IMG/VR virus record: IMGVR_UViG_3300015203_000005
Coordinates: 1-45,668 of that record
Length of the DNA: 45,668 bases
Direction: 5' to 3' (one strand)
Source of the DNA: a virus
The notes below the pieces were generated by a model. It ran no database searches. It was given only the letters and a program-made list of their open reading frames with translations, and was not told the origin of the DNA. The position numbers and the translations under genes are program-made. Shown here piece by piece: positions 7,680 to 18,259 of this stretch; positions within the stretch are counted from its first letter, which is position 1; each line of letters opens with the position of its first letter.

Positions 7680-10466
7680 ATGGCTGGCCTGGAAAGACAA
7701 GACATTATATCTGACGATGCGCTTAGAACCATACCAGCGCTGACTGATCAGCTTACTGTATTGCTTACCACACTAGACCAGGTGAAGACGTCATCGAAAG
7801 GATTCTCAGATGGTCTTAAAGACGCGCCATTACCAAAACTTAAAACCGATACTGAAGGACTGACGCAGGCACAGGTGGAACTCGCGAAGGTGCAGGCGCA
7901 GATTTCCACCGTCGTGGCGAAAAATAATGATACGTGGATCGCAAATGCGCAGGCATTAAAGAATGCAAGAGATGGGCTAAAGAATAACCAGGCTACGGCT
8001 GATAGTTGGACCAAGTCGGCTACGGCGCAGAATAGTTCCATTATACAACTTACCGATTCGCTTAATAAAAACCGGACGGCATACGCAAACTTGAGAACCG
8101 AGGCGGAAAGGCACAGTAAAAGCGGGCAAGAGTTGTTAAAGGTTATACAAACACAAGATACAAGCCTTAAAAGTCTTACTGCTTCTATGGGACAGAATCA
8201 GTCACGTGTAGGTGGTTATCGCGAAGAAATTGAAAAACTTATACCGGCATTACGAACAGTGGCGCCACAGGCAGCTCAGGCTGGTGAAGCTGCTGCAAGT
8301 TTTGGTTCCAGGCTTGCCGCGCTTAGTCCTGTCATAGCTGTTATAGTAGCCGGTGTTGCAGTAGTGTCAGCTGCCGTTAAAGGATATTTTGAACATACGG
8401 CAGAGGGCGAAGAAAAATTGGAAGTAGCAACTGCGCAGTTTACGGCGATATGGAACTCGTCGTTAAATAGTATAGGGGAGGTGGCTGGTCATGTGCTTGG
8501 TCCTATTGCAGATTGGTTTAGTAATATGTTGGCTAAAGTTTATGTGAATGCAGCAGCGGCTAAAGCCTTTGCGGAAGAACAACATGCACTTGCTTTACGA
8601 GAGATTGATGATATATCTGTAAAAGCAAAGGAACAAAAAGATGCCGATGCGTTGGTATTTCAAAGTAGGGACAAGCTGACGTTTTCGGATAAGGAGCGTT
8701 TGGAATTTGCTCAGGCAGCGTTGGAAATCCGTAAACATATTTCTGAGGTAGATGTAAAATTAGCGCAAGATGCTTTTAGTTTACAGAAAGGTATCTTTAT
8801 GAATGAGCAGAATGGAAATGAATTGACACTGGTGCAAAAAAAGAAACTGGCTGAAATGGAAGCGGCCATATATAATGCGGAAAAGGAACGGTTTACTAAT
8901 ACGCGTCGGATACAAGCAGAAATTGTGACTATAAGCCGAGAGATAATTACAAAACAGATAGAAACTGAAAAAGAGCATACCGATGCGACGTTGCTTAATG
9001 CGGAAACGATTTTAAAAACAGAAGTGGCTGATAATCAAAAGATATTAGCTAGCTCTAAGGCTACGTTAGATGAAAAGCTGGTTGCCCAAAGAAATTATAC
9101 TGAAGATTTACTTAAGTTAATAAATGTAACTACCAGTAAAGAAATTGAGGCAGCTAGAAACGCACGTGATCTTAAACTAAATACTTCAAGTGGTGATCCT
9201 GGGCAGGTGTCGGCGATTAAACAAGCTTTTGTAGATAAAGAAACGGCTATAGTTGCAAAGGGTCAGCAAGAACAGTTAGCTCTTATTGAAAAGGGTAAGC
9301 AAGACCAGGCTAAGCTCATTATTGAAGATAGCGCATATTTCATCGCACTTAAGAAACGGTTCGCGGAAGAAACAAAGACAGCAGACCTTCAAAATCTAGA
9401 GGATCAATATGCGGCTGGAAAACTCACGCTGCTAAAATACGAGACACAAAAGGCGGAAATACTTCGTGGCGGTTCCAATCTTGATATAAGTATTTTAAAG
9501 CAAAGTTATAAGGACGAACTTGACTTGCTTCAAAAGAAACTGGATACAGATGTAACGTTGTACCAGGCTGATAAAGATAAGATTATTGCCATTATAATCT
9601 CGCTTAATAAGGAAATACTGAAGCTGGATGAGGATAGTAACGCGTTGGATAGAAAGGCAAAGGCCGAACGAATCAAGTTAGCTGTACAGTTACAAAATCA
9701 GTTATTCGCTACTGCTCTAACGGCGGGGGATAATCTTTTCCAAGCGCAACAGGATCAGTTAGCCAGGCATATAGAGGTACTAACTAAAGATAAAGATCAA
9801 CAATTGAAGATGGCTGGTGATAACGCGAATGCCAAACTTGTAATTGAACAAAGGTATAATCAGGCTATTGAGATAGAAAATAAAAAGGTAAAGAAGTTGC
9901 AGCATGATCAAGCCGTATATGATCGTGACGTGGCGGCAGTTAAAATAGCGGTGGATATTGCTGAAGCCATTGCAAAAGCATACGGGACATATCCATATCC
10001 AGTAGCCATAGGTATAAGTGCATTATTGGCAGCCATAGGTGTAGCCCAAGAAATAGCAGTATGGTCTAAACCTATACCCGCGTATTCAGGTGGGACTGGT
10101 TATCACGGTGGTGGTCCGGCGCTTGTGGCTGAACGTGGGTCAGAGTGGGTAATGGAACCAGGCCGCGCACCAAAACTATATGATGTACCGAATACAGTAA
10201 TACCAAATCTGGCCATTGGTTCAAAGGTGTTGACGGCTGACGAAACTGCATCAATAGAGCGACAACTAGTTGGTAACATGTTTAAGGATAATCAACGACA
10301 TGAAAGTGGGCCTATAATTATAAGTGACAATGGGGATGTAGTGGAGGCAATCAATGGGATACAATTACCATCTGTATTATCGCAAGGGCGTGAACTTATA
10401 GAAGTATGGAAAGCACGGGATGGTTCCAGGAAATGGATTAATAGTAAAATATTTTGGAACGAATGA
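7680..10466 (+). CDS. Tail tape measure protein (928 aa)
   Basis: Very long alpha-helical, coiled-coil-rich ORF with a central hydrophobic segment (LAALSPVIAVIVAGVAVVSAAV) and a C-terminal Gly-rich motif. Located after the chaperones. Confidence 0.85.
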   Translation: MAGLERQDIISDDALRTIPALTDQLTVLLTTLDQVKTSSKGFSDGLKDAPLPKLKTDTEGLTQAQVELAKVQAQISTVVAKNNDTWIANAQALKNARDGLKNNQATADSWTKSATAQNSSIIQLTDSLNKNRTAYANLRTEAERHSKSGQELLKVIQTQDTSLKSLTASMGQNQSRVGGYREEIEKLIPALRTVAPQAAQAGEAAASFGSRLAALSPVIAVIVAGVAVVSAAVKGYFEHTAEGEEKLEVATAQFTAIWNSSLNSIGEVAGHVLGPIADWFSNMLAKVYVNAAAAKAFAEEQHALALREIDDISVKAKEQKDADALVFQSRDKLTFSDKERLEFAQAALEIRKHISEVDVKLAQDAFSLQKGIFMNEQNGNELTLVQKKKLAEMEAAIYNAEKERFTNTRRIQAEIVTISREIITKQIETEKEHTDATLLNAETILKTEVADNQKILASSKATLDEKLVAQRNYTEDLLKLINVTTSKEIEAARNARDLKLNTSSGDPGQVSAIKQAFVDKETAIVAKGQQEQLALIEKGKQDQAKLIIEDSAYFIALKKRFAEETKTADLQNLEDQYAAGKLTLLKYETQKAEILRGGSNLDISILKQSYKDELDLLQKKLDTDVTLYQADKDKIIAIIISLNKEILKLDEDSNALDRKAKAERIKLAVQLQNQLFATALTAGDNLFQAQQDQLARHIEVLTKDKDQQLKMAGDNANAKLVIEQRYNQAIEIENKKVKKLQHDQAVYDRDVAAVKIAVDIAEAIAKAYGTYPYPVAIGISALLAAIGVAQEIAVWSKPIPAYSGGTGYHGGGPALVAERGSEWVMEPGRAPKLYDVPNTVIPNLAIGSKVLTADETASIERQLVGNMFKDNQRHESGPIIISDNGDVVEAINGIQLPSVLSQGRELIEVWKARDGSRKWINSKIFWNE

Positions 10467-12592
10467 ATAAGTCGGTACTTCGTTTTACATTATCTAATAC
10501 AACTTTAGGCATTAAGGTTATAACTGAGCCGATTGGGGCAATGGAAAATCCACTAACGCTTCAGCGAGATTGGACTCTACATTGTATACAAGAAACTTTC
10601 ACGGCCAATTTGACTATGTTTTATGAGGCGATTGATTATTTAGCTGCCGCAATTGCTATAGGTATAGATATAGATGTCAATTTATTGGTAGAAGTATCTA
10701 ATGACTATGCCGTAACGTGGGAACAGTACTATAGTGGGTTGATTGATATGGAAAGTCTTCAACCCATAGCCGATACGCGCGACTACAAAGTGCAAAATGT
10801 AATAAAGCGCAATGATCTTTGGAGTACATTTATTAATCGCAAAGATACCGTTGTGGATGTTAACTCGGCTTTGGACTTGGATGGAAATGCCGTAGCCGCG
10901 CCAATTATACTATCGCCTAATTTACCGACGCAACCGGTTGATAGACAAAGTAGAGTATCTATACATGATTACGCCGATCCAGGTAAAGTATTGCAACTTT
11001 ACTATGTGGATGGAACTATAGATGGGTGGGTACAGGATTTACCATTGGTGGTTTATGATGATTTAAAAACTAAACATAATTTGCCATCTGGGTTATCTAT
11101 TAACGTTACTGAACTTTGGTTAATGACGGTTGAGGAACCTGGTTTGTATGATTTTAATATTGATTTGCTTTTCGCTCGTAATGATGTTGCACCAGGTACT
11201 CCAAAATATAAATTAGATGCCCCCGGATTTGCTGTTACCACGCCTGGGCTATGGTTAAAAAATAGAATGGGTAGTCCTACTCTTGCTATTCCTTTAGTAA
11301 GAACTGATTTAGGAACTGATGGAGTGGACGGCTGTACTCGGTTTAAACTTGTTACGGCAGGCGTTGCGCTAGTAAAAGGAGATACCATTGCTATTGTGTT
11401 TAGACCGGTATTTGCTTCCTATCCGCAAAATATTTATACTGTTTTTGGTGGCGTAGTTATTGATCCGGCTACTGGAGTAACATTTATTAATTCTTTTATA
11501 AGTATTATTGGACATACAACTGGTACTGATTCAGTTGCACAAGGGTACTTACTAAAGGACGTAGCCGGAGCAATTATTAAACGCATAACCGGTAAAGGAT
11601 TATTCAGTAATCTTTTAAACGCAGGCGGCTGCATGTATAACTATTGGTTATGCAAAGGTATACAGATGCGGATACCGTCTTCGTTCGGCCAATATCCATT
11701 CTCCATGTCGTTTAGTGAATTTTTAAACGGCCTTGATCCAATCACCCCGGTAGGCATTGATACATACGTAGATGCTGGAACGGAAAAAATATCCATTGAG
11801 AATGCATCCGAATTTTATGACACTGCCGTATCCATAAACTTAAGTTATGTTAAGGGTATCGTGACTTCGTTTGCAAAAGGAAAGGCAACTAAGTCGGTGA
11901 AAATAGGATATGAAAAATGGCAATTGACGGCCGGCGGTTCGCTTATAGACGATCCTCAGACTCAACATACGTATGCACCACCATTAAAACGCGTAGGACA
12001 AAACATAGTCAAGTTGAGTAAGTGGATAGCTGCGTCATTGTTGTTTGAATTAACAAAGCGGGCTGGAAAACTGAAGCCCAGAGAAACATGGGACTTGGAC
12101 AATGATTTTTTTATACTTCGGCTTAAGGACGATCTTACTGGACCTGATGTAAGTGGAGCGGCTACTAATTTACTGAATCCCACTTTGCGATATAATAAAT
12201 TTTTGACTCCGGCGCGAAATTTTTTGCGTTGGTTAAAATTTTTCAACGTAGGATTAAACCCTCAGTATACAGGGTCTCCATTTCGATTTACTGGCGGGGT
12301 AGGTAATGTACTTTGTGGCGTTACGCTTAATCCGGGGTGCCCTGGTAGCCAGGTCGCGGCTCTTGTTGAAAACGCAGATGTGGCAATAACGAACAGTGTT
12401 GAGTACGGTATTAAGCAAGTTGATTTTATGCATCCGCTTAATTGGGAACAGTACAAGATAATAAAAGCAAACAGGCGAAAAGCCATAGGCGTGAGCCAAA
12501 CCGGGGATAGTTGGGTGCCTTACTTCATTGATAAGATAGACTTTTATTTCTTTAAAAAAATAGCTAAATTTACGCTTCGGGCAACAGTATGA
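10463..12592 (+). CDS. Tail tip protein (distal tail / hub candidate, ~709 aa)
   Basis: ATGA overlap with the tape measure stop. First gene after the tape measure. Confidence 0.6.
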   Translation: MNKSVLRFTLSNTTLGIKVITEPIGAMENPLTLQRDWTLHCIQETFTANLTMFYEAIDYLAAAIAIGIDIDVNLLVEVSNDYAVTWEQYYSGLIDMESLQPIADTRDYKVQNVIKRNDLWSTFINRKDTVVDVNSALDLDGNAVAAPIILSPNLPTQPVDRQSRVSIHDYADPGKVLQLYYVDGTIDGWVQDLPLVVYDDLKTKHNLPSGLSINVTELWLMTVEEPGLYDFNIDLLFARNDVAPGTPKYKLDAPGFAVTTPGLWLKNRMGSPTLAIPLVRTDLGTDGVDGCTRFKLVTAGVALVKGDTIAIVFRPVFASYPQNIYTVFGGVVIDPATGVTFINSFISIIGHTTGTDSVAQGYLLKDVAGAIIKRITGKGLFSNLLNAGGCMYNYWLCKGIQMRIPSSFGQYPFSMSFSEFLNGLDPITPVGIDTYVDAGTEKISIENASEFYDTAVSINLSYVKGIVTSFAKGKATKSVKIGYEKWQLTAGGSLIDDPQTQHTYAPPLKRVGQNIVKLSKWIAASLLFELTKRAGKLKPRETWDLDNDFFILRLKDDLTGPDVSGAATNLLNPTLRYNKFLTPARNFLRWLKFFNVGLNPQYTGSPFRFTGGVGNVLCGVTLNPGCPGSQVAALVENADVAITNSVEYGIKQVDFMHPLNWEQYKIIKANRRKAIGVSQTGDSWVPYFIDKIDFYFFKKIAKFTLRATV

Positions 12593-12596
12593 TACA

Positions 12597-13841
12597 ATGC
12601 GTGCAGTATATTTTTATCTCTTTATTATTTGTTTTGGTTGCCGTGAAGATAATTACCGTTATGACGGGTGCGTTATGATAGTGGCAGATCAACCATCAAT
12701 TATTGGCATATCGGATTTGAATCCAATACACCTTTGGTTAGCCGATTATCCTACTTATAACGAGAGGCGCATTCCATTACTCATGAATCAAAAATTCTAT
12801 TTTCGTTATAAGTATGATGCCCCATACTACAATAGATTGGATATAGCATTTAGTGGTAGGCGGTTTCCGAACTGGGATGCTGGTACTTCGTACAGTATTG
12901 GGGATACGGTGTTTGATCCGGCTACTTTTACGCGTTGGGTATCTAATGCGGATGGAAACATAGGGAATATTCCAAATCCTTCTGGCGGTACTTGGGACCA
13001 TTACGGACCGTTAATAGCTTGGAGTAATGCAACTACATACAACGCTGGAGATAGGGTTATTGGTGCCGGTATCACTAAGCGGATTTATGAATCTTTAGTG
13101 GATGGTAATCTAAATAATTTGCCGACCGTTGGTGCTCTTTGGGACCAAGTGACGGAACCTAGCGGATTTTTTAAACTGCAATTTTTAGTGAATGGGGTTG
13201 TAGTTGTAGGTATTGATTTTGATAATATACGTAGTGGTTCCACCCATCAATTTGTAACCTGGTTATGGAGTGACTATCCAGAACTTTTAAACAAACGTGT
13301 ACAAACGAATATACTAGATGTACAAAATAATGTTGTGTTGGCTTGGGGGGACTGTATCGACGTAGTTATGTTTGCCGATAACTATCCATACACAGCTTTA
13401 CAATATACCAATAGTAGTGATTATGCCGGCGTGGTTATGGAAGTGGTAAACCCGCAATACTATATACCATTACCTGCTCATTTTTATGAGGAGAGCCAGG
13501 TGGAGGAAGGTGAGGATAGCAATCTGACAAATGGTATGATTGCACAACTTAGACGGCAAATGATTTTTAAAACGCTGCTTAACATTATAGACCCATTACC
13601 TGACTATATGCATACTAAGTTGCGCACAATACTTATGTGTGATAACCTGGTTATTGACGGTGTACCATACAAAAAGAGCCCAGGTGACGCATACAATAAT
13701 CCTAAGATTGAAACGAGTAGGCTATCGTATGCGTCTGTGCAGCTTACAAGGTCGGACAATGTACTTATAAATCTGTCCAGGTACGATGCAAGTTCTGGCG
13801 GCCGTGTATTCAGTGGTGAATTTTCAGGTGAGTTCTCATAA
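12597..13841 (+). CDS. Tail tip / receptor-binding candidate with two CBM5/12-like repeats
   Basis: WDAGTSYSIGDTVF...GTWDHY and WSNATTYNAGDRVI...ALWDQV (nt 12873-13151) fit the W-x-Y-x-GD-x-V...W pattern of CBM5/12 chitin-binding type modules. Confidence 0.55.
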   Translation: MRAVYFYLFIICFGCREDNYRYDGCVMIVADQPSIIGISDLNPIHLWLADYPTYNERRIPLLMNQKFYFRYKYDAPYYNRLDIAFSGRRFPNWDAGTSYSIGDTVFDPATFTRWVSNADGNIGNIPNPSGGTWDHYGPLIAWSNATTYNAGDRVIGAGITKRIYESLVDGNLNNLPTVGALWDQVTEPSGFFKLQFLVNGVVVVGIDFDNIRSGSTHQFVTWLWSDYPELLNKRVQTNILDVQNNVVLAWGDCIDVVMFADNYPYTALQYTNSSDYAGVVMEVVNPQYYIPLPAHFYEESQVEEGEDSNLTNGMIAQLRRQMIFKTLLNIIDPLPDYMHTKLRTILMCDNLVIDGVPYKKSPGDAYNNPKIETSRLSYASVQLTRSDNVLINLSRYDASSGGRVFSGEFSGEFS

Positions 13842-13852
13842 ATAATAACGAG

Positions 13853-16800
13853 ATGAAAAAAATACTATTCGTAGTTCTTTGTGCCATGGCGTTGGGTGGT
13901 TATGCGCAGATTCCGAAAACGGATGCCGCATTAAGTACGCAGGCAAATATAATTAAGAATGAAACTACGCCAAGTGCTAATACTCCTGTGCGGGTTGGCA
14001 CAATGTTTCTTAATTCAATAGCTAGTAAGGTAAATAATAATCAATATACCGGTGTTACTTTGGCTGGTACAGATACCTATACCGGTACAGTAACTCCGGC
14101 CATAGCATCGTATCAATTATTTTACTCTGTTAAATTATTGTTTGTGAATGGAAATACGACAACATCAACTGTAAATTTAAACGGACTTGGTGCAAAACCA
14201 ATTAAGAAAAATTTTGCCGGTGGGATAGTATCGCTAAGTTCTGGTAATATTCCAGCCGGGTGGATAGCATGGGCAATTTACGACGGAGCAAATTTTATGG
14301 TAAATATACCAGGAACGGGTGGTGGCGGTGGGGGAGGTGGTAGTGGAACGGTATTGGATTTTTCTGCCGGAGGTTTGTATCCATTATTTTCTACATCTGT
14401 ATCAAATTCAACTACTACACCTAATTTAACATTTACACAGTCATCCACCGGGGCACATACATTTTATGGTAATAATACAGGTAGCGGTGGAGTTCCAACT
14501 TTTGTTTCCATAACATCCGGTGATTTGCCAACCACGGCAGTTACTCCTGGAGCATATACAAACACAAACTTAACGGTAGATGCATTTGGTCGTATAACGG
14601 CGGCGGCTAGTGGAAGTGGAGCGGGCGTGGCCTGGGGTTCGATTACTGGAACGTTGTCCGGACAAACAGATTTACAGACAGCGTTGAATGCAAAAATAAC
14701 TGCATCTGGATATACTGGTCAAGGTTCCATTACAACTTTAGGGACCATCAATACAGGAATTTGGCAGGGCACTGTTATCGATGGAGCACATGGCGGCACG
14801 GGTATAAATAACTCAGGCAAAACATTTAACCTCGGTGGTAATATAACAACAGGAGGGGACCTTACATTATCTGGAGCATTTAATACTATTTTTACAGTAA
14901 CCGGGAGTAATACCATAACATTTCCAAACGCTTCTATAACTGTTGCCCGTACGGATGCGGCTCAAACTTTTACAGGTATCCAAACTTTCAGTTCGGCACC
15001 TGTTTTTTCCACGTCGTTTGTTTTACCTAATAGTACAACGGCCACTACACAGACAGCCGGTGATAATACAACAAAGATTGCTACGGATGCTTTCGTTACT
15101 GGAGCTGTATCAGATGCTGGTTTAACCATTGGTTCAGGTATTACATTATCAACAAGCACACTTAATAACGGTGGAACTTTAACGCAAAACTTAAATTATA
15201 ATGGAGCCTACGCAGTTAATTTTGGTAATACCACACCGATAACAAATCTTGCCGTTCAAGGTAATTCGTCTTTTGCTGTTGATGAAAATTCTTTCGCTGG
15301 ACTGCCACGATCTTCCTCACATATTTTAGCTTTTTCTGATGCAGGAGGAGGTACGTCGTATATGGAATCCTATAATAATGCTGGAACTGCTGTGTATGGT
15401 ATAATTTTTAATACTCATGTAGTGACTGCCAACGGAGTTACTTTTATTTATGATCCGGCTGTTGGTAACTCGACCGGGGATATTCCATATCAGAATGCAA
15501 ATGGTGTTTTACAGGCTATTAAAATAGGGGCTTCGAATAAATACATAACGACCAACGGAACAATTCCATCATGGTCCACTTATACTCTGGGCCTTGGTGG
15601 TAATTTAACTACAGCAGCGGCCTTCAATGTTCCAGCTAATGCGTCCGGTGTATTAACAAATAATGGAAGCGGTACATTGACCTGGGCAGGTGGTGGCGGA
15701 CTTTCTGGGCTCACTACTACGCGAGTACCATTTGCAACTAGCTCGACTACAATTTTAGATGACGCTAACTTTTTTTGGAATAATTCAACCAAGACGCTTA
15801 ATGTAAGTACGGGGCTGCAACTTGCTTATGGAACATTCAGCACTTCATTAGGTTACGGGATGGTGATGAATCCCGGCGCATCTGCCGCCGGTCAAAACAT
15901 TGGTATAGGTCCTTTTGTGTTAAATTCATTAGCGGGTAATGGTCATGTTTATGATGCCTCTAATGACATCGCCATAGGTTATCAAGCCATGACACAAACC
16001 ACTTTCGGTGGTGATGACATAGCCATAGGGACAAGCGCATTGTATTCTAATACCACAGGAACTCAATCCATTGCCATAGGGACAAGTGCACTAAAGTTTA
16101 ATACCACAGGAATACAAAATACAGGAGTAGGTCATGGCGCACTTCAGCAAAATACTACCGGCACACAAAATGTGTCAATAGGAACATCTGCCGGCAACTC
16201 AAATACCACAGGGCATCAAAATACTAATGTTGGATGGAATGCCGGAGCCGCTACTACCACTGGAGCGTATAACACCACTATAGGGAGCGAGGCCGGTGAA
16301 TCACTTAGTACTGGAGCTAACAATGTTATGATCGGTTACATATCCGGGGTTTATACAACGGGTGGATTCAATACCTTAATTGGGGTGAATACCGGAGGAT
16401 ACTCCAGGGGGCTCAGTCAGGCGTTAACCAGTGGAGGGGGTAATACTTTTGTGGGTGGAAACTCTGGTCTGCTGACAAATTTCCAAACGGCATACTCAAC
16501 AGCACTTGGATTTGATGCCATAGTTGGTCAAAGCTATACGATGAAATTCGGTAGTGATACATCTATATATAGACCTAATTACGGATTCGGTGGTGAATCT
16601 TTTGCCGGTGGACAAGGCGTAATGCATTTGGCAAAAGCTAATACCAATCCTACATCTGCGCCCACAGGTGGATTTTTAATTTGGGCGGATGCCTCGACTG
16701 GAAATGGATATTTTCGTAATCCTGGTGGAGCGGCAACAGCTCTTGGCGGAGGTGGTGGAAGCGGAACGGTAACGACCTTTTCAGGAGTAACTGCACAAGG

Positions 16801-18259
16801 TGTATCTTGGTCAGTGGCTAATCCGACAACAACACCAGCGGCTACATTGACGCTTGGAGCGTTAACGGGGGTAACATCATTAGCGATGAATGGTACTGCT
16901 GGAGCAGGATTTCTTACTGTACCAGCCCAATCGTCAAATCCTGCTACTCCTGGCAGTGGATTTAATTTATTTGCAAATTCTTCTGGATTGTTTTCCTGGA
17001 AAGGAACCAATGGGTTTGTAAGAACTTTTGATGGATCAGCTAATTCGGCAGACAGGGCATACACTTTGCCAGATGCCAGCGGAACTGTCGCACTTACTAA
17101 TTTTGCGCAATCCATAACAGCGGCGCAAACGTTTACAGTTGCTCCGACAGTGCCAACCGGATCACCATTATCCACCGCGCTGAATGCAGCGAATGAAAAT
17201 TTTGTGACGTTGGCCATTAATGCGGCGGGTATAACAATTCCAACCGGAATTGCATTAGGAAACGGTTCTTCATTTTCCGGAATAACAACTTCGGCAGGCA
17301 TATCGGGTGCTATTTCAGATGAAACAGGATCTGGAGCTTTGGTTTTTGGAACTTCGCCAACGTTAACAACCCCAGTTATAAATTCAGTGAGTGGAGGGCT
17401 GACTAATCTTCAAGTGCATCAAATAAATAACTTCATAATAGATCATTATTCCACCGATGCAGTTGCAGCGGTTTTTGCTCTTAGTAAATTACGTGGAACC
17501 GGAGGTTCTCCTACAACGGTGGCGAACTCTGATGTCTTAGGAAATTATGATTTTCAGGCATACGATGGAACGGCTTCGTTTTCAACGGCAAGGATAAAAG
17601 CCATAGTGAACGGGTCGGTAGCCACCAATACGCTGCCTACTGATATGGTGTTTTATACAACTCCTACCAATTCTCTTGTAGAGGCAATGAGGATTACGTC
17701 AGCGGGAGCTGTCTTACTTACGGCAGACCCTACGGTTGCTCTGGGGGCTGTCACAAAACAATATACCGATGCTCTTGCATTGACTCCTTCCAATGGCCTT
17801 ACTTCAACGTCTACAACATTAAAACTTGGTGGTGCGTTGACAGCGAACACGACGATCAGTGGAGCGTTTGATATGATTTTTTCCAATACCGATGTACAGT
17901 TAAAGCACTTGGTTGGAAGTTCATCTGCTCCCACGATTGCGGCAGGAACGGGGGCAGGAACTTCCCCCACTGTTTCGATAAGCGGAACTGATTTGTCGGG
18001 GTATATCTCAGTGACAACCGGGACAGTTCCGACTCTGTCGGCAACAGTGGCCACGATTACATTTAACGGGGCTTACGGGGCAACGCCAAAGTGCGTGTTG
18101 GTTGATGCAGCCAATTCAAATGCCTCTGGTTTAAGTGGATTGGGAATGGTTTATGTCGATCAGGCTGGCATTACAACAACTACCTTTGCTCTGACCGCGG
18201 GAGCAACGGCGTTAACTGGTTCAACTGCTTATACGTGGTATTATCATATTATTCAATGA
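13853..18259 (+). CDS. Tail fibre (1468 aa) with a signal-peptide-like N-terminus, poly-Gly linkers and YadA-head/Hep_Hag-like repeats
   Basis: Gly/Thr/Ser/Asn-rich. Has the fibre motif GAYTNTNLTVDAFGRITAAASG and about 14-residue repeats of the form SIAIGTSALxxNTTGxQN at nt ~15965-16400. Confidence 0.8.
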   Translation: MKKILFVVLCAMALGGYAQIPKTDAALSTQANIIKNETTPSANTPVRVGTMFLNSIASKVNNNQYTGVTLAGTDTYTGTVTPAIASYQLFYSVKLLFVNGNTTTSTVNLNGLGAKPIKKNFAGGIVSLSSGNIPAGWIAWAIYDGANFMVNIPGTGGGGGGGGSGTVLDFSAGGLYPLFSTSVSNSTTTPNLTFTQSSTGAHTFYGNNTGSGGVPTFVSITSGDLPTTAVTPGAYTNTNLTVDAFGRITAAASGSGAGVAWGSITGTLSGQTDLQTALNAKITASGYTGQGSITTLGTINTGIWQGTVIDGAHGGTGINNSGKTFNLGGNITTGGDLTLSGAFNTIFTVTGSNTITFPNASITVARTDAAQTFTGIQTFSSAPVFSTSFVLPNSTTATTQTAGDNTTKIATDAFVTGAVSDAGLTIGSGITLSTSTLNNGGTLTQNLNYNGAYAVNFGNTTPITNLAVQGNSSFAVDENSFAGLPRSSSHILAFSDAGGGTSYMESYNNAGTAVYGIIFNTHVVTANGVTFIYDPAVGNSTGDIPYQNANGVLQAIKIGASNKYITTNGTIPSWSTYTLGLGGNLTTAAAFNVPANASGVLTNNGSGTLTWAGGGGLSGLTTTRVPFATSSTTILDDANFFWNNSTKTLNVSTGLQLAYGTFSTSLGYGMVMNPGASAAGQNIGIGPFVLNSLAGNGHVYDASNDIAIGYQAMTQTTFGGDDIAIGTSALYSNTTGTQSIAIGTSALKFNTTGIQNTGVGHGALQQNTTGTQNVSIGTSAGNSNTTGHQNTNVGWNAGAATTTGAYNTTIGSEAGESLSTGANNVMIGYISGVYTTGGFNTLIGVNTGGYSRGLSQALTSGGGNTFVGGNSGLLTNFQTAYSTALGFDAIVGQSYTMKFGSDTSIYRPNYGFGGESFAGGQGVMHLAKANTNPTSAPTGGFLIWADASTGNGYFRNPGGAATALGGGGGSGTVTTFSGVTAQGVSWSVANPTTTPAATLTLGALTGVTSLAMNGTAGAGFLTVPAQSSNPATPGSGFNLFANSSGLFSWKGTNGFVRTFDGSANSADRAYTLPDASGTVALTNFAQSITAAQTFTVAPTVPTGSPLSTALNAANENFVTLAINAAGITIPTGIALGNGSSFSGITTSAGISGAISDETGSGALVFGTSPTLTTPVINSVSGGLTNLQVHQINNFIIDHYSTDAVAAVFALSKLRGTGGSPTTVANSDVLGNYDFQAYDGTASFSTARIKAIVNGSVATNTLPTDMVFYTTPTNSLVEAMRITSAGAVLLTADPTVALGAVTKQYTDALALTPSNGLTSTSTTLKLGGALTANTTISGAFDMIFSNTDVQLKHLVGSSSAPTIAAGTGAGTSPTVSISGTDLSGYISVTTGTVPTLSATVATITFNGAYGATPKCVLVDAANSNASGLSGLGMVYVDQAGITTTTFALTAGATALTGSTAYTWYYHIIQ

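Noticed and set aside
13800-13841. C-terminal tandem GEFSGEFS in ORF 12597..13841
   Set aside because: It is a single 4-aa duplication at the extreme C-terminus, most simply explained as replication slippage with no inferable function.
16579-17301. 240-aa minus-strand ORF inside the tail fibre gene
   Set aside because: It is antisense to a Gly/Thr/Ala-rich coding region and its Pro/Ala/Val-rich low-complexity product is the expected mirror artefact. The same applies to the other antisense ORFs inside 13853..18259.
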